From Minisyncoccota bacterium (GTDB lineage: Bacteria > Patescibacteriota > Minisyncoccia > Phycocordibacterales > JABAAK01): a stretch of 42,843 nt of DNA. Shown in pieces: positions 17,957 to 28,020 of the stretch. The stretch is taken from the NCBI GenBank assembly GCA_965204115.1, contig OZ241963.1, positions 76,632 to 119,474 on the forward strand. Reading direction: 5' to 3'. The translations under genes and the position numbers were made by a program. The notes beneath the pieces are model-generated. The model saw nothing but the letters and a program-made list of their open reading frames with translations. It was not told the DNA's origin and made no database searches. Positions within the stretch are counted from its first letter, which is position 1, and each line of letters opens with the position of its first letter.

Positions 17957-18640
17957 ATGAGTATTGTTTCTTTTGAGGAGACAACCAAGTATTATGGCGA
18001 CAATGTTGCGGTGCAGGATGTGTCGTTTGAGATTGATGGTGGTGATTTTGTGACTTTGGTCGGGCACTCCGGTTCGGGGAAGAGTACCCTGTTTAAGTTG
18101 GTTTTGGGTGAGGAGGAGGTGTATTCGGGTGTGGTGCGGCGGGGTGGTATGGATATTTCAGAAATGTCAAAAAAAGAACTGTTGGAGCATCGGCGGAAGA
18201 CCGGTGTTATCTTTCAGGACTTTCGCCTGTTGCCGCGGAAGACCGTGTATGAGAACATCTCCTTTGCTATGGAGGCACTTGGGTATGATGAAAAGCAGAT
18301 AGAGAACGATGTGCCGTATGTACTGGACTTGGTTGATTTGCGGCATAAGGTGTGGGCGTTTTCTCAGGAACTTTCCGGCGGGGAGCAGCAACGAGTGGCG
18401 ATTGCACGGGCGATTGTGAACCAGCCGGAATTGCTGCTGGCCGACGAGCCGACCGGAAACCTTGACCCGGTGAATGCGCATGAAGTTATCAACATCCTGA
18501 AGCAGATTAACAAGCTCGGAACAACCGTTATACTGGCAACACACGATCAGTCGGTAGTGAAGCGTATTAAAAAGCGGGTTATCACCCTGGTGAATGGGGA
18601 GGTTGCGCTTGACGATCCGAAAGGTAAATATATTCTATAA
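17957..18640 (+). CDS. ftsE: Cell division ATP-binding protein FtsE
   Basis: Motifs GHSGSGKST, FQDFRLL, LSGGEQQRVAIARA and LADEPTGNLD; lies upstream of ftsX. Confidence 0.94.
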   Translation: MSIVSFEETTKYYGDNVAVQDVSFEIDGGDFVTLVGHSGSGKSTLFKLVLGEEEVYSGVVRRGGMDISEMSKKELLEHRRKTGVIFQDFRLLPRKTVYENISFAMEALGYDEKQIENDVPYVLDLVDLRHKVWAFSQELSGGEQQRVAIARAIVNQPELLLADEPTGNLDPVNAHEVINILKQINKLGTTVILATHDQSVVKRIKKRVITLVNGEVALDDPKGKYIL

Positions 18641-18642
18641 CT

Positions 18643-19569
18643 ATGGCAGGAACACAACTCAAAAGAACTTTTTATTTAGGATTGGTAAATGTCGTGCGGA
18701 ACTCGTTTGTTTCGTTTTCGGTGATATTTGTTATGACCGTTTCGCTGTTCATTGTTGGCTTTTCACTCCTGTTTGGGCAGGTGATGGACGATGTGACCGA
18801 AGAGTTGAAGAACAAGGTGGATGTGACGGCGTACTTTGTGACCGACACGCCGGAAGAGCAGATACTCGTCTTTCGAGATCGCCTTGAGGAGCTCTCTCAG
18901 GTGAAGGAAGTGTTCTATGTTTCACAGGAGACTGCGCTGGAAGAGTATCGCAAGCGGCATGAGAACGATTTAGATATTTTGCGCGGCTTGGAGATCCTTG
19001 AGGATAACCCATTCCGCGCCCGGCTCTCCATTCGCGCCCAGCAGGCCGGCGATTTTGAATCAATCGTCCGGTTCCTACAGAACGAGGACATCCTCTCTGA
19101 CAATCCGATAACCGTGATTGATAAGATTGACTTTTACCAGAACCGGCAGGTTATTATGCGGCTCTCGTCTGTGGTGGACACTGCGACACTCCTGACCCGA
19201 ATTGTCATTGCGCTGTTGGTGTTCATCTCATTTATTATTGTCTTTAATATCATTCGCCTCATCATCTACCTCAGCCGTGAAGAGATTAAGGTGATGCGTC
19301 TCATCGGTGCGGAGGATTGGTATATTCGCGCCCCATTTTTGGTCTCCGGAGGGATTTACGGATTAGTCGGCTCAATCGTGGCGACGGTGCTACTGTATCC
19401 GATTTCATACTGGCTCTCCCCGGTGGTAGAGCGATTCTTTGAAGGGCAGGGGCTGTTCTCCTACTATGTCTCAGAATTCTTTATGCTCGTCCTCATCCTC
19501 ACCGCCCTCGGCGTTTTTGTCGGCATCTTCTCAAGTTACCTCTCTACCCACCGCTATCTGGACGACTAG
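18643..19569 (+). CDS. ftsX: Cell division permease FtsX
   Basis: Four-TM layout with a large extracellular loop and REEIKVMRLIGA...IRAPF. Confidence 0.93.
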   Translation: MAGTQLKRTFYLGLVNVVRNSFVSFSVIFVMTVSLFIVGFSLLFGQVMDDVTEELKNKVDVTAYFVTDTPEEQILVFRDRLEELSQVKEVFYVSQETALEEYRKRHENDLDILRGLEILEDNPFRARLSIRAQQAGDFESIVRFLQNEDILSDNPITVIDKIDFYQNRQVIMRLSSVVDTATLLTRIVIALLVFISFIIVFNIIRLIIYLSREEIKVMRLIGAEDWYIRAPFLVSGGIYGLVGSIVATVLLYPISYWLSPVVERFFEGQGLFSYYVSEFFMLVLILTALGVFVGIFSSYLSTHRYLDD

Positions 19570-19652
19570 AAATGTTTAAAACAGCAAAACGGCACGCAGG
19601 ATAAAAAATGTTATCATACACCCATACACGCCCATCAGCGTGTATATCACAT

Positions 19653-19724
19653 TGCCGGATCGTCTAATTGGTAGGACGACGGGTTTTGGTCCCGTTAATC
19701 TAGGTTCGAGTCCTAGTCCGGCAG
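19653..19724 (+). tRNA. tRNA-Gln (TTG)
   Basis: TGCCGGA acceptor stem, anticodon arm ACGGG-TT-TTG-GT-CCCGT and GTTCGAGTC T-loop. CCA is not encoded. Confidence 0.96.
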
Positions 19725-19888
19725 CAGATTTTCTGTATGCTTGCTTATGGTGTCGAGAGTTTGTATCATAGGGTGGGGGATTGTCAAGTTTTTTGCTATT
19801 TTTTTGGTGGGTGTGTAGAATGAGGGTTGATTGGATGGTTTTAGGTTTGTAATTTTTTTTTGGTTTTTGATTTGGAGGGGTGTGTGTT

Positions 19889-20242
19889 ATGGCGACCTAT
19901 TTTGGTTTTGCTATTGCTGACAGTATGTTTGGTGATGAGGATTGTACTATTCGGCGTAAGAAAATTTCACTGAGGAGTGTGAAAGAACTGATTGGCGAAG
20001 GTGTTATTTCTTGCGTTAATAAATCGCATACTGCGACGATAGATGCTATTGAAAGAAGATTTGGTATTGCGGTGGAGGTGCCGGAAGAACCTCCGCGAGT
20101 GTCTTTGGCGCTTGGTGATAGAATTATCATTGTGGGGGTGAGAGACCTTCCCCGGCTTACTGATCGGAGAGAGTATTCTAACCGCGAGATTGCGCGGGCG
20201 AAGTTTGCGTTCAGTTTGTATGGTGTCTGGTGTGATTTTTGA
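19889..20242 (+). CDS. Hypothetical protein, distantly DUF1874 (STIV B116/AcrIII-1)-like
   Basis: GGAGG RBS. The pattern ISL..VKELI...ISCV...H.AT...I...FGI.V...RV.L..GD.IIIV...RL resembles DUF1874 as I recall it. Confidence 0.55.
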   Translation: MATYFGFAIADSMFGDEDCTIRRKKISLRSVKELIGEGVISCVNKSHTATIDAIERRFGIAVEVPEEPPRVSLALGDRIIIVGVRDLPRLTDRREYSNREIARAKFAFSLYGVWCDF

Positions 20243-20334
20243 AAGACACCGTTTTTCTTTTCGCCGTCGGAGTTTTGGGTCTCCGTTAGCAAAACCCATC
20301 TATCTATACCGTGAAGTACCATTCACGGTATTTT

Positions 20335-20856
20335 TTATTTGCTCTCGTGGAGTGTTTTTTCCATCAGGTTCCAGAAGCGGTGGGAGTGGTTCATTTCTTT
20401 GAGGTGGCAGAGCTCGTGGACGATGAGTTTGTCGGCTTCTCGTTTGGGGAGGAATATAATTTTATAGTTATAAGTGAGGTTTCTGGTGGATGAGCAGATG
20501 CCCCAGCTTGCTCTGAGCTGCTTTACTCGTATTTCATTGTATGCGAATTTATTTTTACGGTTCCAGTAGGCGACTTTTTCTTCACAGAAGCGTAGTGCTT
20601 TCTCTTTGTGTTTGAGAAAGTGTTCCCGATCGTCAACGGTGAGGTTTTCATTCGTTCCGTATTTTTTTATCATGCTCTCAACGCGCTCTGCTATCCACGG
20701 TTGCTTTTCCCGGACAAACTGTTCAATGGTTGCCTGCTTTGCCCATTTTGGTTTTGTGACGGTTATCTTTCCGCCGACACCGACGGCCAGGTGGAGATGC
20801 CGCGCTCTCGGGTGATGTAACACTTCATACGCTATGGACTGATTCTTGTATCTCAT
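20335..20856 (-). CDS. YgjP/DUF45-family metal-dependent hydrolase
   Basis: Motifs SWGICS, VHELCHLKEMNHS and RFW. Confidence 0.88.
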   Translation of the reverse strand: MRYKNQSIAYEVLHHPRARHLHLAVGVGGKITVTKPKWAKQATIEQFVREKQPWIAERVESMIKKYGTNENLTVDDREHFLKHKEKALRFCEEKVAYWNRKNKFAYNEIRVKQLRASWGICSSTRNLTYNYKIIFLPKREADKLIVHELCHLKEMNHSHRFWNLMEKTLHESK

Positions 20857-21018
20857 TTTTTGCTGTGAGCGACGGTAGTCATATGCTTAATAGTATAACC
20901 AGCGAGGGTATAAAAAAGCAACTTGACAAATAGGTGTAAACATTGTTTTTTGTATTTTTGCGGCATGCTGGCGGGTAGGGAGAGGCGTTTTCTCTGAAAG
21001 TGTGCGTATACTGTGAAT

Positions 21019-22101
21019 ATGAATATCACCATAGGGATTGTTGGATTGCCGAATACGGGGAAGAGTACGCTGTTTAACGCGTTGACGAAGAAGTCGGTGC
21101 CGGCGGAGAATTTTCCGTTTTGCACGATTGATCCGTCTGTGGGGGTGGTGCCGGTGCCGGATGAGCGGCTTGGCGCATTGGCGAAGTTGTCTGCGTCTCA
21201 GGAGGTGGTGCCAACGGTGATTGAGTTTGTTGATATCGCGGGGTTGGTACGGGGTGCCTCTGAGGGGGAGGGGTTGGGGAACGCGTTTCTCTCGCACATT
21301 CGTGAGGTTGATGCTATCGCACACACGGTGCGTTGTTTTCTGGATGATGCGGTCATTCATGTTGATGGTGAGGTAAACCCGACGCGGGATGTTGAGGTGA
21401 TTGAGACGGAGTTGCTGCTCTCAGATGTGCAGCTTGCGGAGCGGCGACTGGAAAAGGTGGAGAAGGAAGTGAAGCGGGGTGATGAAGAGGCGATATCTGA
21501 AAAAGCGCTGTTGGAAGAGGCATTGGCTGCGTTGCAGGAGGGGCGGATGGTGTCGTCTCTGTCTCTTGATGAGGAAAAGCGGGTACAGTTGTCTCAGCTG
21601 GGCTTTCTTACCATCAAACCGGTGCTGTATGTCTGCAATGTTGGTGCTCACGACGATGAGGGGAGTGTGGCGCAGGTGCGGGAGTGTGCAGCGCGGACGG
21701 GTAGTGTGGTGGTGACGATATCTGCGCAGACGGAGCAGGAATTATCTGTTCTTGATCCGGATGAGGCGCGGCAGATGCGTGAGGAGTTGGCGGTTGTTGG
21801 CGGTGGGTTGGACGCGATTATACGGGCGGCATACGAAACGCTCGGCTATATCTCGTTCTTCACTACCGGTGAAAAGGAAACCCGTGCGTGGGCGATACCG
21901 AAGGGTTCAGTTGCACCGCGGGCCGGACGCGCTATTCATACTGACTTTGAGAAAAACTTTATCCGCGCTGAGGTTATCGCTTGTGACGAACTGCTCGCAG
22001 CCGGCTCGTATGCCGCTGCCCGTGATGCCGGCACGCTTCGGTTGGAAGGGAAGGACTACATCGTTCAAGATGGGGATGTTATTGTGTTTCGGCATGGATG
22101 A
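21019..22101 (+). CDS. ychF: Redox-regulated ATPase YchF
   Basis: Motifs [29 protein letters not shown] and GEGLGN, plus a TGS domain. Confidence 0.97.
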   Translation: MNITIGIVGLPNTGKSTLFNALTKKSVPAENFPFCTIDPSVGVVPVPDERLGALAKLSASQEVVPTVIEFVDIAGLVRGASEGEGLGNAFLSHIREVDAIAHTVRCFLDDAVIHVDGEVNPTRDVEVIETELLLSDVQLAERRLEKVEKEVKRGDEEAISEKALLEEALAALQEGRMVSSLSLDEEKRVQLSQLGFLTIKPVLYVCNVGAHDDEGSVAQVRECAARTGSVVVTISAQTEQELSVLDPDEARQMREELAVVGGGLDAIIRAAYETLGYISFFTTGEKETRAWAIPKGSVAPRAGRAIHTDFEKNFIRAEVIACDELLAAGSYAAARDAGTLRLEGKDYIVQDGDVIVFRHG

Positions 22102-22152
22102 CGGCGTGCTATACTTTTTATGGATTGTGCTATCACGGGAGGAGGTCTATTC

Positions 22153-22383
22153 ATGTTGATTAGTGTTGACAAAAGCAAGGTCCATGTTGAGAGTGATGAT
22201 GTGACATTCACCATGAAAGACGATGGGAGCATTATTGTCAAGAAAGGTGGTGTGGAGATTGTTGACAGAGAAGATAAGAGAAGAGAGCTCTCAATTCTCA
22301 ATGAAAAATGTCAAAGTTTGCAGGAGTTTTGGAGCATCCTTACTTTTTCAAAAATCGATAAAATCTTTTCAGAAATCTTATAG
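22153..22383 (+). CDS. Small hypothetical protein
   Basis: GGAGG 7 nt before ATG 22153, with an upstream TG-C-TATACT. Confidence 0.55.
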   Translation: MLISVDKSKVHVESDDVTFTMKDDGSIIVKKGGVEIVDREDKRRELSILNEKCQSLQEFWSILTFSKIDKIFSEIL

Positions 22384-22456
22384 GTTTTTTTAACCCGATA
22401 TGTTTTAACGAAGGTGTGGCGCATTATTGTTGGCGCTGCACCTTCTGTTTTGTGTA

Positions 22457-23902
22457 CTATGCCGGAAATTGCTGCTCCAGGGTTTCAATGATGGTGGGAA
22501 TGATGCCGCCCATGTCGCTTGAGGAGAGGATGAGGAGGGCATCGTTCGGTTTGATTTCCTGTAGGAGGGGTGCGAGGTCATCGGTGAGGCGGGCTGCGTT
22601 TGCGCCACCATCTTTGATATACGAGAATATGGTGTCTCCGTCCACGGTGGTGTCATCTTTCGGCTCCGGGATGGAGTCCGTGTAGACAAATACTTTCGCG
22701 GCGTTTTCAAAGAGTCCTTGGTAGTGTCCGCGGTATTCTTTTGTGCGCCAGGAGAGTGCGTGGGGCTCAAAGACGACTATCAGTCGTTTGTCGGGGAAGT
22801 GTGCTTGCATCGCGACGAGGGCTGAGTGGGCTTTGCTGCGTGATGAGCCGAAACCTTCGTATATGGGGATGGATGACTCCGCTGTCTTTTTATCTAAACG
22901 GCGTTTAATGCCGGTGAATGCGTGTATTCTTTTTTGGAGTTCGTCTGTAGTGAGGAATGATCTTTCCAGTAGCAGTGCGGAGACACCAACTATGTTTTCT
23001 ACATTATGTCGTCCGAGAAGAGTGGTGCTCAGCGGTACTACGCGTTTGTTATGGTGATATAGGTCGAAATGGGTTTCTTCTCCGTAAACGATGTTTTTTG
23101 CATACCAATCGGTATTGAATTTTTGGTCGGTACTGTAGGTGATCGCTTTCTTTTTTATACGCGGGAGTGTTCTTTGTATCTGTGTGTCCTCGCCGCTCAT
23201 CACCAGCAGTCCGTTGTCCGGCAGGGTGTTGATAAGTTTGAGGAAGGTTGCGGTGAAGTCCTCTTGCGTCGGAAAGACATTGAGGTGATCGTGTTCGAGC
23301 GAGGTGATAAGTGCGTCAGTGGCGTTGTAGTGGAGAAACTTTGAGGTGGTGTCGGTGTTTGAGGAGGGGTATTCGTCTCCCTCAAGTACAAAGTGATCTC
23401 CCTTTCCTGATTGCGCGTTGGTGTCAAGATTGTACGGGACAGCGCCGATAAAGAAGCTTGGGTCCTGTTTTGCCAGGCACCATGCCAGCATGCCGGCGCA
23501 GGTTGACTTGCCGTGACTGCCGGCACAAATGAGGTTATGCGTGTTTTTGGTGAGGTCGTGCAGCACATCAGGGAATGATTGAATTGTGAAGTTGTTGTCG
23601 TAGACAAAGGCGACCTCTTCGTTCTCTTCTTTAGTGAGTCCGCCGTGTTTGCCGACGACGATCAGGTCGGCATCGTTCGGCACATTGTCTTTGCTGTATG
23701 TTTTTGCGTAGGGGATACGATGCTGTTCCAGGTAGGTGGTAATCGGTGGGTACGCACCTTCATCAGAGCCGCTCACTTTCCAGCCGCGTGTTTTTAAGAG
23801 TTGCGCGGTTGCGCTCATCCCTGCCCCGGCGATGCCAATAAAGTACGCTTTCTTTTTCTTGTGCAGCATTGACCGGAGACCGAGTTTTTGCAGGATGCTC
23901 AT
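22457..23902 (-). CDS. mpl: Mur ligase family protein, Mpl-like (murein peptide ligase)
   Basis: Motifs FIGIAGAGMS, GSD..YPP, GSHGKST, EGDEY...SKFLHY, LEHDH and VVFEP. Confidence 0.75.
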   Translation of the reverse strand: MSILQKLGLRSMLHKKKKAYFIGIAGAGMSATAQLLKTRGWKVSGSDEGAYPPITTYLEQHRIPYAKTYSKDNVPNDADLIVVGKHGGLTKEENEEVAFVYDNNFTIQSFPDVLHDLTKNTHNLICAGSHGKSTCAGMLAWCLAKQDPSFFIGAVPYNLDTNAQSGKGDHFVLEGDEYPSSNTDTTSKFLHYNATDALITSLEHDHLNVFPTQEDFTATFLKLINTLPDNGLLVMSGEDTQIQRTLPRIKKKAITYSTDQKFNTDWYAKNIVYGEETHFDLYHHNKRVVPLSTTLLGRHNVENIVGVSALLLERSFLTTDELQKRIHAFTGIKRRLDKKTAESSIPIYEGFGSSRSKAHSALVAMQAHFPDKRLIVVFEPHALSWRTKEYRGHYQGLFENAAKVFVYTDSIPEPKDDTTVDGDTIFSYIKDGGANAARLTDDLAPLLQEIKPNDALLILSSSDMGGIIPTIIETLEQQFPA

Positions 23903-24037
23903 AGCAATACTATACCGTATAATTCTGTTTTTTGCATTTGTGGCGGTTTTTGTGTATACTTGAAAGGTAATCAGTTAATCAATTTATTTAAGGATTACAT
24001 AGATTATTTAATTTTTTAATAAATTAATTTTATTAGT

Positions 24038-24388
24038 ATGAATGCAGCAATCAAACCATTAGGTGACCGTGTGCTTGTTGAGGCGGAAGACAAAGGAGAA
24101 GAGACGCGGTCCGGTATTATTATTCCTAAAAACCCTGAAGAAGGCGGTGGTGCCGTTTCTATTGGCACTGTTATCGCGGTTGGTGATGGGCGAAAAAATG
24201 AAAAAGGGGATGTCATCAAGCCAGAGGTCTCAGTCGGGCAGAAAGTTGCGTTTTCGTGGGGAGAAAAGATAGAAGTCGGCGGCAAGGAGTATCATTTGGT
24301 CGGTGAGAGCAGTTTGCTCGGCATCGTGCAGGACGATGGTGGCAGCGACAGCAGTATACCGATGGGGGCGTCGACAGTGGGTGTGTAA
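24038..24388 (+). CDS. groES: Co-chaperonin GroES
   Basis: Motifs IKPLGDRVLV, SGIIIP and GTVIAVGDG; has a short C-terminal extension. Confidence 0.96.
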   Translation: MNAAIKPLGDRVLVEAEDKGEETRSGIIIPKNPEEGGGAVSIGTVIAVGDGRKNEKGDVIKPEVSVGQKVAFSWGEKIEVGGKEYHLVGESSLLGIVQDDGGSDSSIPMGASTVGV

Positions 24389-24482
24389 GCGGACAACGAA
24401 GCGCAGGAAAACAGGCAAGATTTGATTTTTTTGCCTGTTTTTACTATAATGGGATTATTAATAACTTTTATGGTGTTATATT

Positions 24483-26150
24483 ATGGTTAAACAAATTATA
24501 TTTCATGAGGATGCTCGTGCAAAAGTAAAGAGAGGCGTTGACGCTGTTGCGAAAGCAGTGGGCGTGACGCTTGGGCCGTTCGGGCGGAATGTTGCCCTGC
24601 AGAAATCATTCGGCGGGCCGACTATTACCAATGATGGGGTGTCTATTGCGAAAGATATTTCATTGGAAGATCCGTTTGAGAACATCGGTGCTGATATCAT
24701 CAAAGAGGTCGCCAATAAGACCAATGATCTTGCCGGAGACGGTACCAGTACTTCTGTTGTGCTGGCGCAGTCTATGGTTGATGAGGGTTTGAAGCAGATT
24801 GACAAGGGGGTGAATGCGATGTCCGTGCGGCGGGGTATGGAGCGAGCACACAAGTTGGTTGAAGAACAGTTAGCGCAAATGAAGCGGGACATCTCTAATG
24901 ATGCCGAGGTGGTGCATATTGCCTCAGTATCCGCTGAGTCCGAAGAGTTTGGTAAGATTATCGCTGAGACCGTGCAAAAGGTCGGTAATAAAGGGGTAGT
25001 CACGGTTGAAGAGTCGCAGTCGTTCGGTATTGAGTCGGAGGTGGTAGAGGGGTTGGAAATAGATAATGGATATATTTCACCGTACATGATGACCAATCCG
25101 GATCGACTTGAGGCGGAGTACAAAGATGTGCCGGTGCTGATAACTTCTGAGAAGATTTCCGGTGTGAAGGAGATTTTGCCGTTTCTGGAGAAGTTGACCC
25201 AGATGGGTACCAAAGATTTAGTCATTATTGCTGAGGATGTTGAAGGTGAAGCGTTGACTACCTTTGTGCTGAATAAACTGCGTGGCACCTTCAATGTGCT
25301 CGCGGTGAAGGCACCCGGATTCGGTGACCGTAAGCAGGATGTGCTTGGGGATATTGCTGTTACCATTGGTGCGCAGGTGGTTTCTAAAGATGCCGGTATG
25401 ACTTTTGAAAATATCGGTACTGATGTGCTCGGTCGGGCGTCTCGCGTTGTCGCGAAGAAAGACAGTACGGTTGTTGTCGGCGCTCTTGGCAGTAAGTCGG
25501 CGGTTGATGAGCGTGTGCGTTCTCTTGAGGCGACCCTTGCGCAAACAGAGCAGTCATTTGAAAAAGAGAAATTAGAGGAGCGAATTGCGAAATTATCCGG
25601 TGGTGTTGCGGTGATTCGTGTCGGTGCGGCGACTGAAGCGGAGATGAAGTATCTGAAGCTGAAGATTGAGGATGCCGTGAACGCGACGAAGGCGGCTCTT
25701 GAGGAGGGGGTTATTGCCGGTGGTGGTGCGGCGTTTGCGCACATTGCGAAGCATTTGCGGGATCAAAAGGCGACTGTTCAGTGGGCTGACGAGTATGAGG
25801 AAAAGGGTTATACCATTGTTGTTGATGCGCTTGAAGCACCGCTGACACGCATTGTTGAGAACGCTATCGGAGACGGTGAGGGTAAAGCGGTGGTGCGAAA
25901 GGTGCAGGACGCTGCAAGCAAGACAGCGGGCTACAATGCACTTAAGCAGTCCTATGTGGACGACATGTTTGCTGCCGGCATTATTGATCCGGTGAAGGTT
26001 GCTCGTGGCGGTCTTCAGCATGCGATTTCAACGGTTGGCATTTTCATAACAACCGAAGCGGCAGTTGCCGATGTTCCTGAGAAAGATAACGGTCCTGAAG
26101 TTGACCCGACCGCCGGCATGGGTGCCGGTATGGGCGGCGGCATGTTTTAG
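24483..26150 (+). CDS. groEL: Chaperonin GroEL
   Basis: Motifs TNDGVSIAK, AGDGTST, KAPGFGDR and ERIAKLSGGVAVI, plus a GGM tail. Confidence 0.98.
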   Translation: MVKQIIFHEDARAKVKRGVDAVAKAVGVTLGPFGRNVALQKSFGGPTITNDGVSIAKDISLEDPFENIGADIIKEVANKTNDLAGDGTSTSVVLAQSMVDEGLKQIDKGVNAMSVRRGMERAHKLVEEQLAQMKRDISNDAEVVHIASVSAESEEFGKIIAETVQKVGNKGVVTVEESQSFGIESEVVEGLEIDNGYISPYMMTNPDRLEAEYKDVPVLITSEKISGVKEILPFLEKLTQMGTKDLVIIAEDVEGEALTTFVLNKLRGTFNVLAVKAPGFGDRKQDVLGDIAVTIGAQVVSKDAGMTFENIGTDVLGRASRVVAKKDSTVVVGALGSKSAVDERVRSLEATLAQTEQSFEKEKLEERIAKLSGGVAVIRVGAATEAEMKYLKLKIEDAVNATKAALEEGVIAGGGAAFAHIAKHLRDQKATVQWADEYEEKGYTIVVDALEAPLTRIVENAIGDGEGKAVVRKVQDAASKTAGYNALKQSYVDDMFAAGIIDPVKVARGGLQHAISTVGIFITTEAAVADVPEKDNGPEVDPTAGMGAGMGGGMF

Positions 26151-26203
26151 AATGTGGATATTTCGGTGATGTCTCGTTCGGTGTGTTATTATATAAGTGT
26201 TAT

Positions 26204-26797
26204 ATGCAGTCGTATTTATTTTTCGGTCCACCAGGTTCAGGAAAAGGGACACAGAAAGGATTGTTGGCTGATGCGTTGGGCGGGGAGGAGAGCGATTCGC
26301 TTGCGGTGATAGAGACAGGGCAGTTGTTGCGTGATACGGTTGCAGAAAATGATACGCTGATAACGCGGCTTCTCAGTGAGATTATGGAGAGTGGAGGGCT
26401 GGTGCCGTCTGCGTTTCCTATTACTATGTGGGTGAATAAACTGATGGCTGAGTCCGGGGAATATGACCACATTATTGTTGACGGTGCGGGAAGGATGCTC
26501 ATTGAAGCGAAGATTATTATTGGTTTACTGCATTTTTTTCCTGATCCGAATATTCATATTATTTTCCTTGATGTGCATGATGATGAAGTGGTGGAACGGC
26601 TGCTGAAGCGGGGGAGATCGGATGATAAAGAGGATGTCATTAAGAATCGTTTGAAAGAGTACGAAAATACAGAAACCGGAACGATGGCATCTATTAATTT
26701 TTTACGGGAAAACGATGATGTTACTTTTCATACCGTAGATGGTATTGGAACTATAGAGGCGGTGCATCAGCGAGTGCGTGATACACTGGGGATATGA
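26204..26797 (+). CDS. adk: Adenylate kinase-like nucleoside monophosphate kinase (short lid)
   Basis: Motifs GPPGSGKGTQ, GGLVP and RLLKRGRSDD; lies directly upstream of map. Confidence 0.85.
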   Translation: MQSYLFFGPPGSGKGTQKGLLADALGGEESDSLAVIETGQLLRDTVAENDTLITRLLSEIMESGGLVPSAFPITMWVNKLMAESGEYDHIIVDGAGRMLIEAKIIIGLLHFFPDPNIHIIFLDVHDDEVVERLLKRGRSDDKEDVIKNRLKEYENTETGTMASINFLRENDDVTFHTVDGIGTIEAVHQRVRDTLGI

Positions 26798-27570
26798 TTA
26801 TTAACGATGAGAGCCAGCGGGAAACGCTACTTGCCGCGGGGAAGCGGCTTCGGGGGGTGTTGGATGCGGTGTTGGCACAGACCGTTGTCGGAGCGAATGC
26901 GAAATCTTTAGATGAGCTGGCGCATACCATGATTACTGAAGGCGGTGACACCCCGGCTTTTTTGGGGTATCAGCCGATGGGAATGACGGAAAAATACCCG
27001 GCGACATTGTGTGTGTCGGTCAATGATGCGGTGGTGCACGGCATTCCGCAGGAGGCGGTTGTGCTGCAGGAGGGGGATGTGGTGTCTGTTGATTGCGGGT
27101 TGGAGCATCATGGTGTCTTTGTTGACGCTGCCTGTACCGTTATTGTCGGTAAGGGGGATGACAAAGCAAAAGCGCTTTTGGAGGCGAATAAAAAGGCGCT
27201 GCGCTATGCGCTGGTGTTTGCTCGAGCAGGGGCGACGATTGGTGATATCGGCAGTGCGATTGAGACCGTTGCGGAGGAGTATGACTTTGCGGTGCCGCTT
27301 GAGCTGGGTGGGCATGGTGTCGGTAATGCGCCGCATGAAGAGCCGTTCATTCCGAATATCGGCGATCCGGGTGGTGGCGATACTTTGCAAAAAGGGCTGG
27401 TGCTTGCCATAGAGCCAATTTTCTTTGAGGGCGAAAGTCCGCATATTACCACTGCGGACGATGGCTTTACCTATAAGACGGAAAGCGGTAAGCGATCATC
27501 GCATTTTGAACACACCATTTTAATAACAGAGGGAGTGCCGGTGATTGTGACCGGACCAATGTGGGAGTAG
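26794..27570 (+). CDS. map: Methionine aminopeptidase type I
   Basis: Motifs SVNDAVVHGIP, DCG...D, GHGVG..HEEP, AIEP and HFEHT. Confidence 0.96.
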   Translation: MIINDESQRETLLAAGKRLRGVLDAVLAQTVVGANAKSLDELAHTMITEGGDTPAFLGYQPMGMTEKYPATLCVSVNDAVVHGIPQEAVVLQEGDVVSVDCGLEHHGVFVDAACTVIVGKGDDKAKALLEANKKALRYALVFARAGATIGDIGSAIETVAEEYDFAVPLELGGHGVGNAPHEEPFIPNIGDPGGGDTLQKGLVLAIEPIFFEGESPHITTADDGFTYKTESGKRSSHFEHTILITEGVPVIVTGPMWE

Positions 27571-27615
27571 TTTTGGCTGCATGGAATGTCTTATTTCTGT
27601 GGTACGATGGGGATA

Positions 27616-27999
27616 ATGCGGGTTATTGTACTCTTTCTGATACTGCTTGTAGCGTTAGGTGTGGCGTATGCATTCGTGCCGGCTGAGCAGATGCAGCTGA
27701 AGGCAAAGAACACCATTCAGCAAGTGCAGCTGCTTGAGACATCACTTGACTTTGAAGATGTTGCTGATGAATTTGGTGCGTTGTTTGAAAAACAAAAAGA
27801 ACGATTGACCAAGACAGCGGAGCAGGAAGAGGATACTGATGAGGGTGTATCTGTGGGCTGTGCCCGGGATCTGGAGAGGTGCCCTGACGGTAGCCTTGTT
27901 GGTCGTACCGGTCCTGATTGTGCCTTTGCTCCATGTCTGGGAGAGGAAGAGTCGGCAGAGGGGCAGGAAGAAGAAGGGAGTGCTGTGTTGGTGCGGTGA
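27616..27999 (+). CDS. Secreted protein with a CPDGSxVGRxGPxCxFAPC Cys motif
   Basis: Signal/TM helix and CARDLERCPDGSLVGRTGPDCAFAPC, a short disulfide motif I recall as frequent in CPR surface proteins. Confidence 0.75.
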   Translation: MRVIVLFLILLVALGVAYAFVPAEQMQLKAKNTIQQVQLLETSLDFEDVADEFGALFEKQKERLTKTAEQEEDTDEGVSVGCARDLERCPDGSLVGRTGPDCAFAPCLGEEESAEGQEEEGSAVLVR

Positions 28000-28020
28000 G
28001 GGTTGTTTTAAAACCGTAGG

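Noticed and set aside
19653-20300. Integrated element at tRNA-Gln
   Set aside because: I found no integrase and no duplicated tRNA 3' end.
24503-25744. 413-aa antisense ORF
   Set aside because: It is a shadow frame of groEL caused by codon bias and has no protein-like features.
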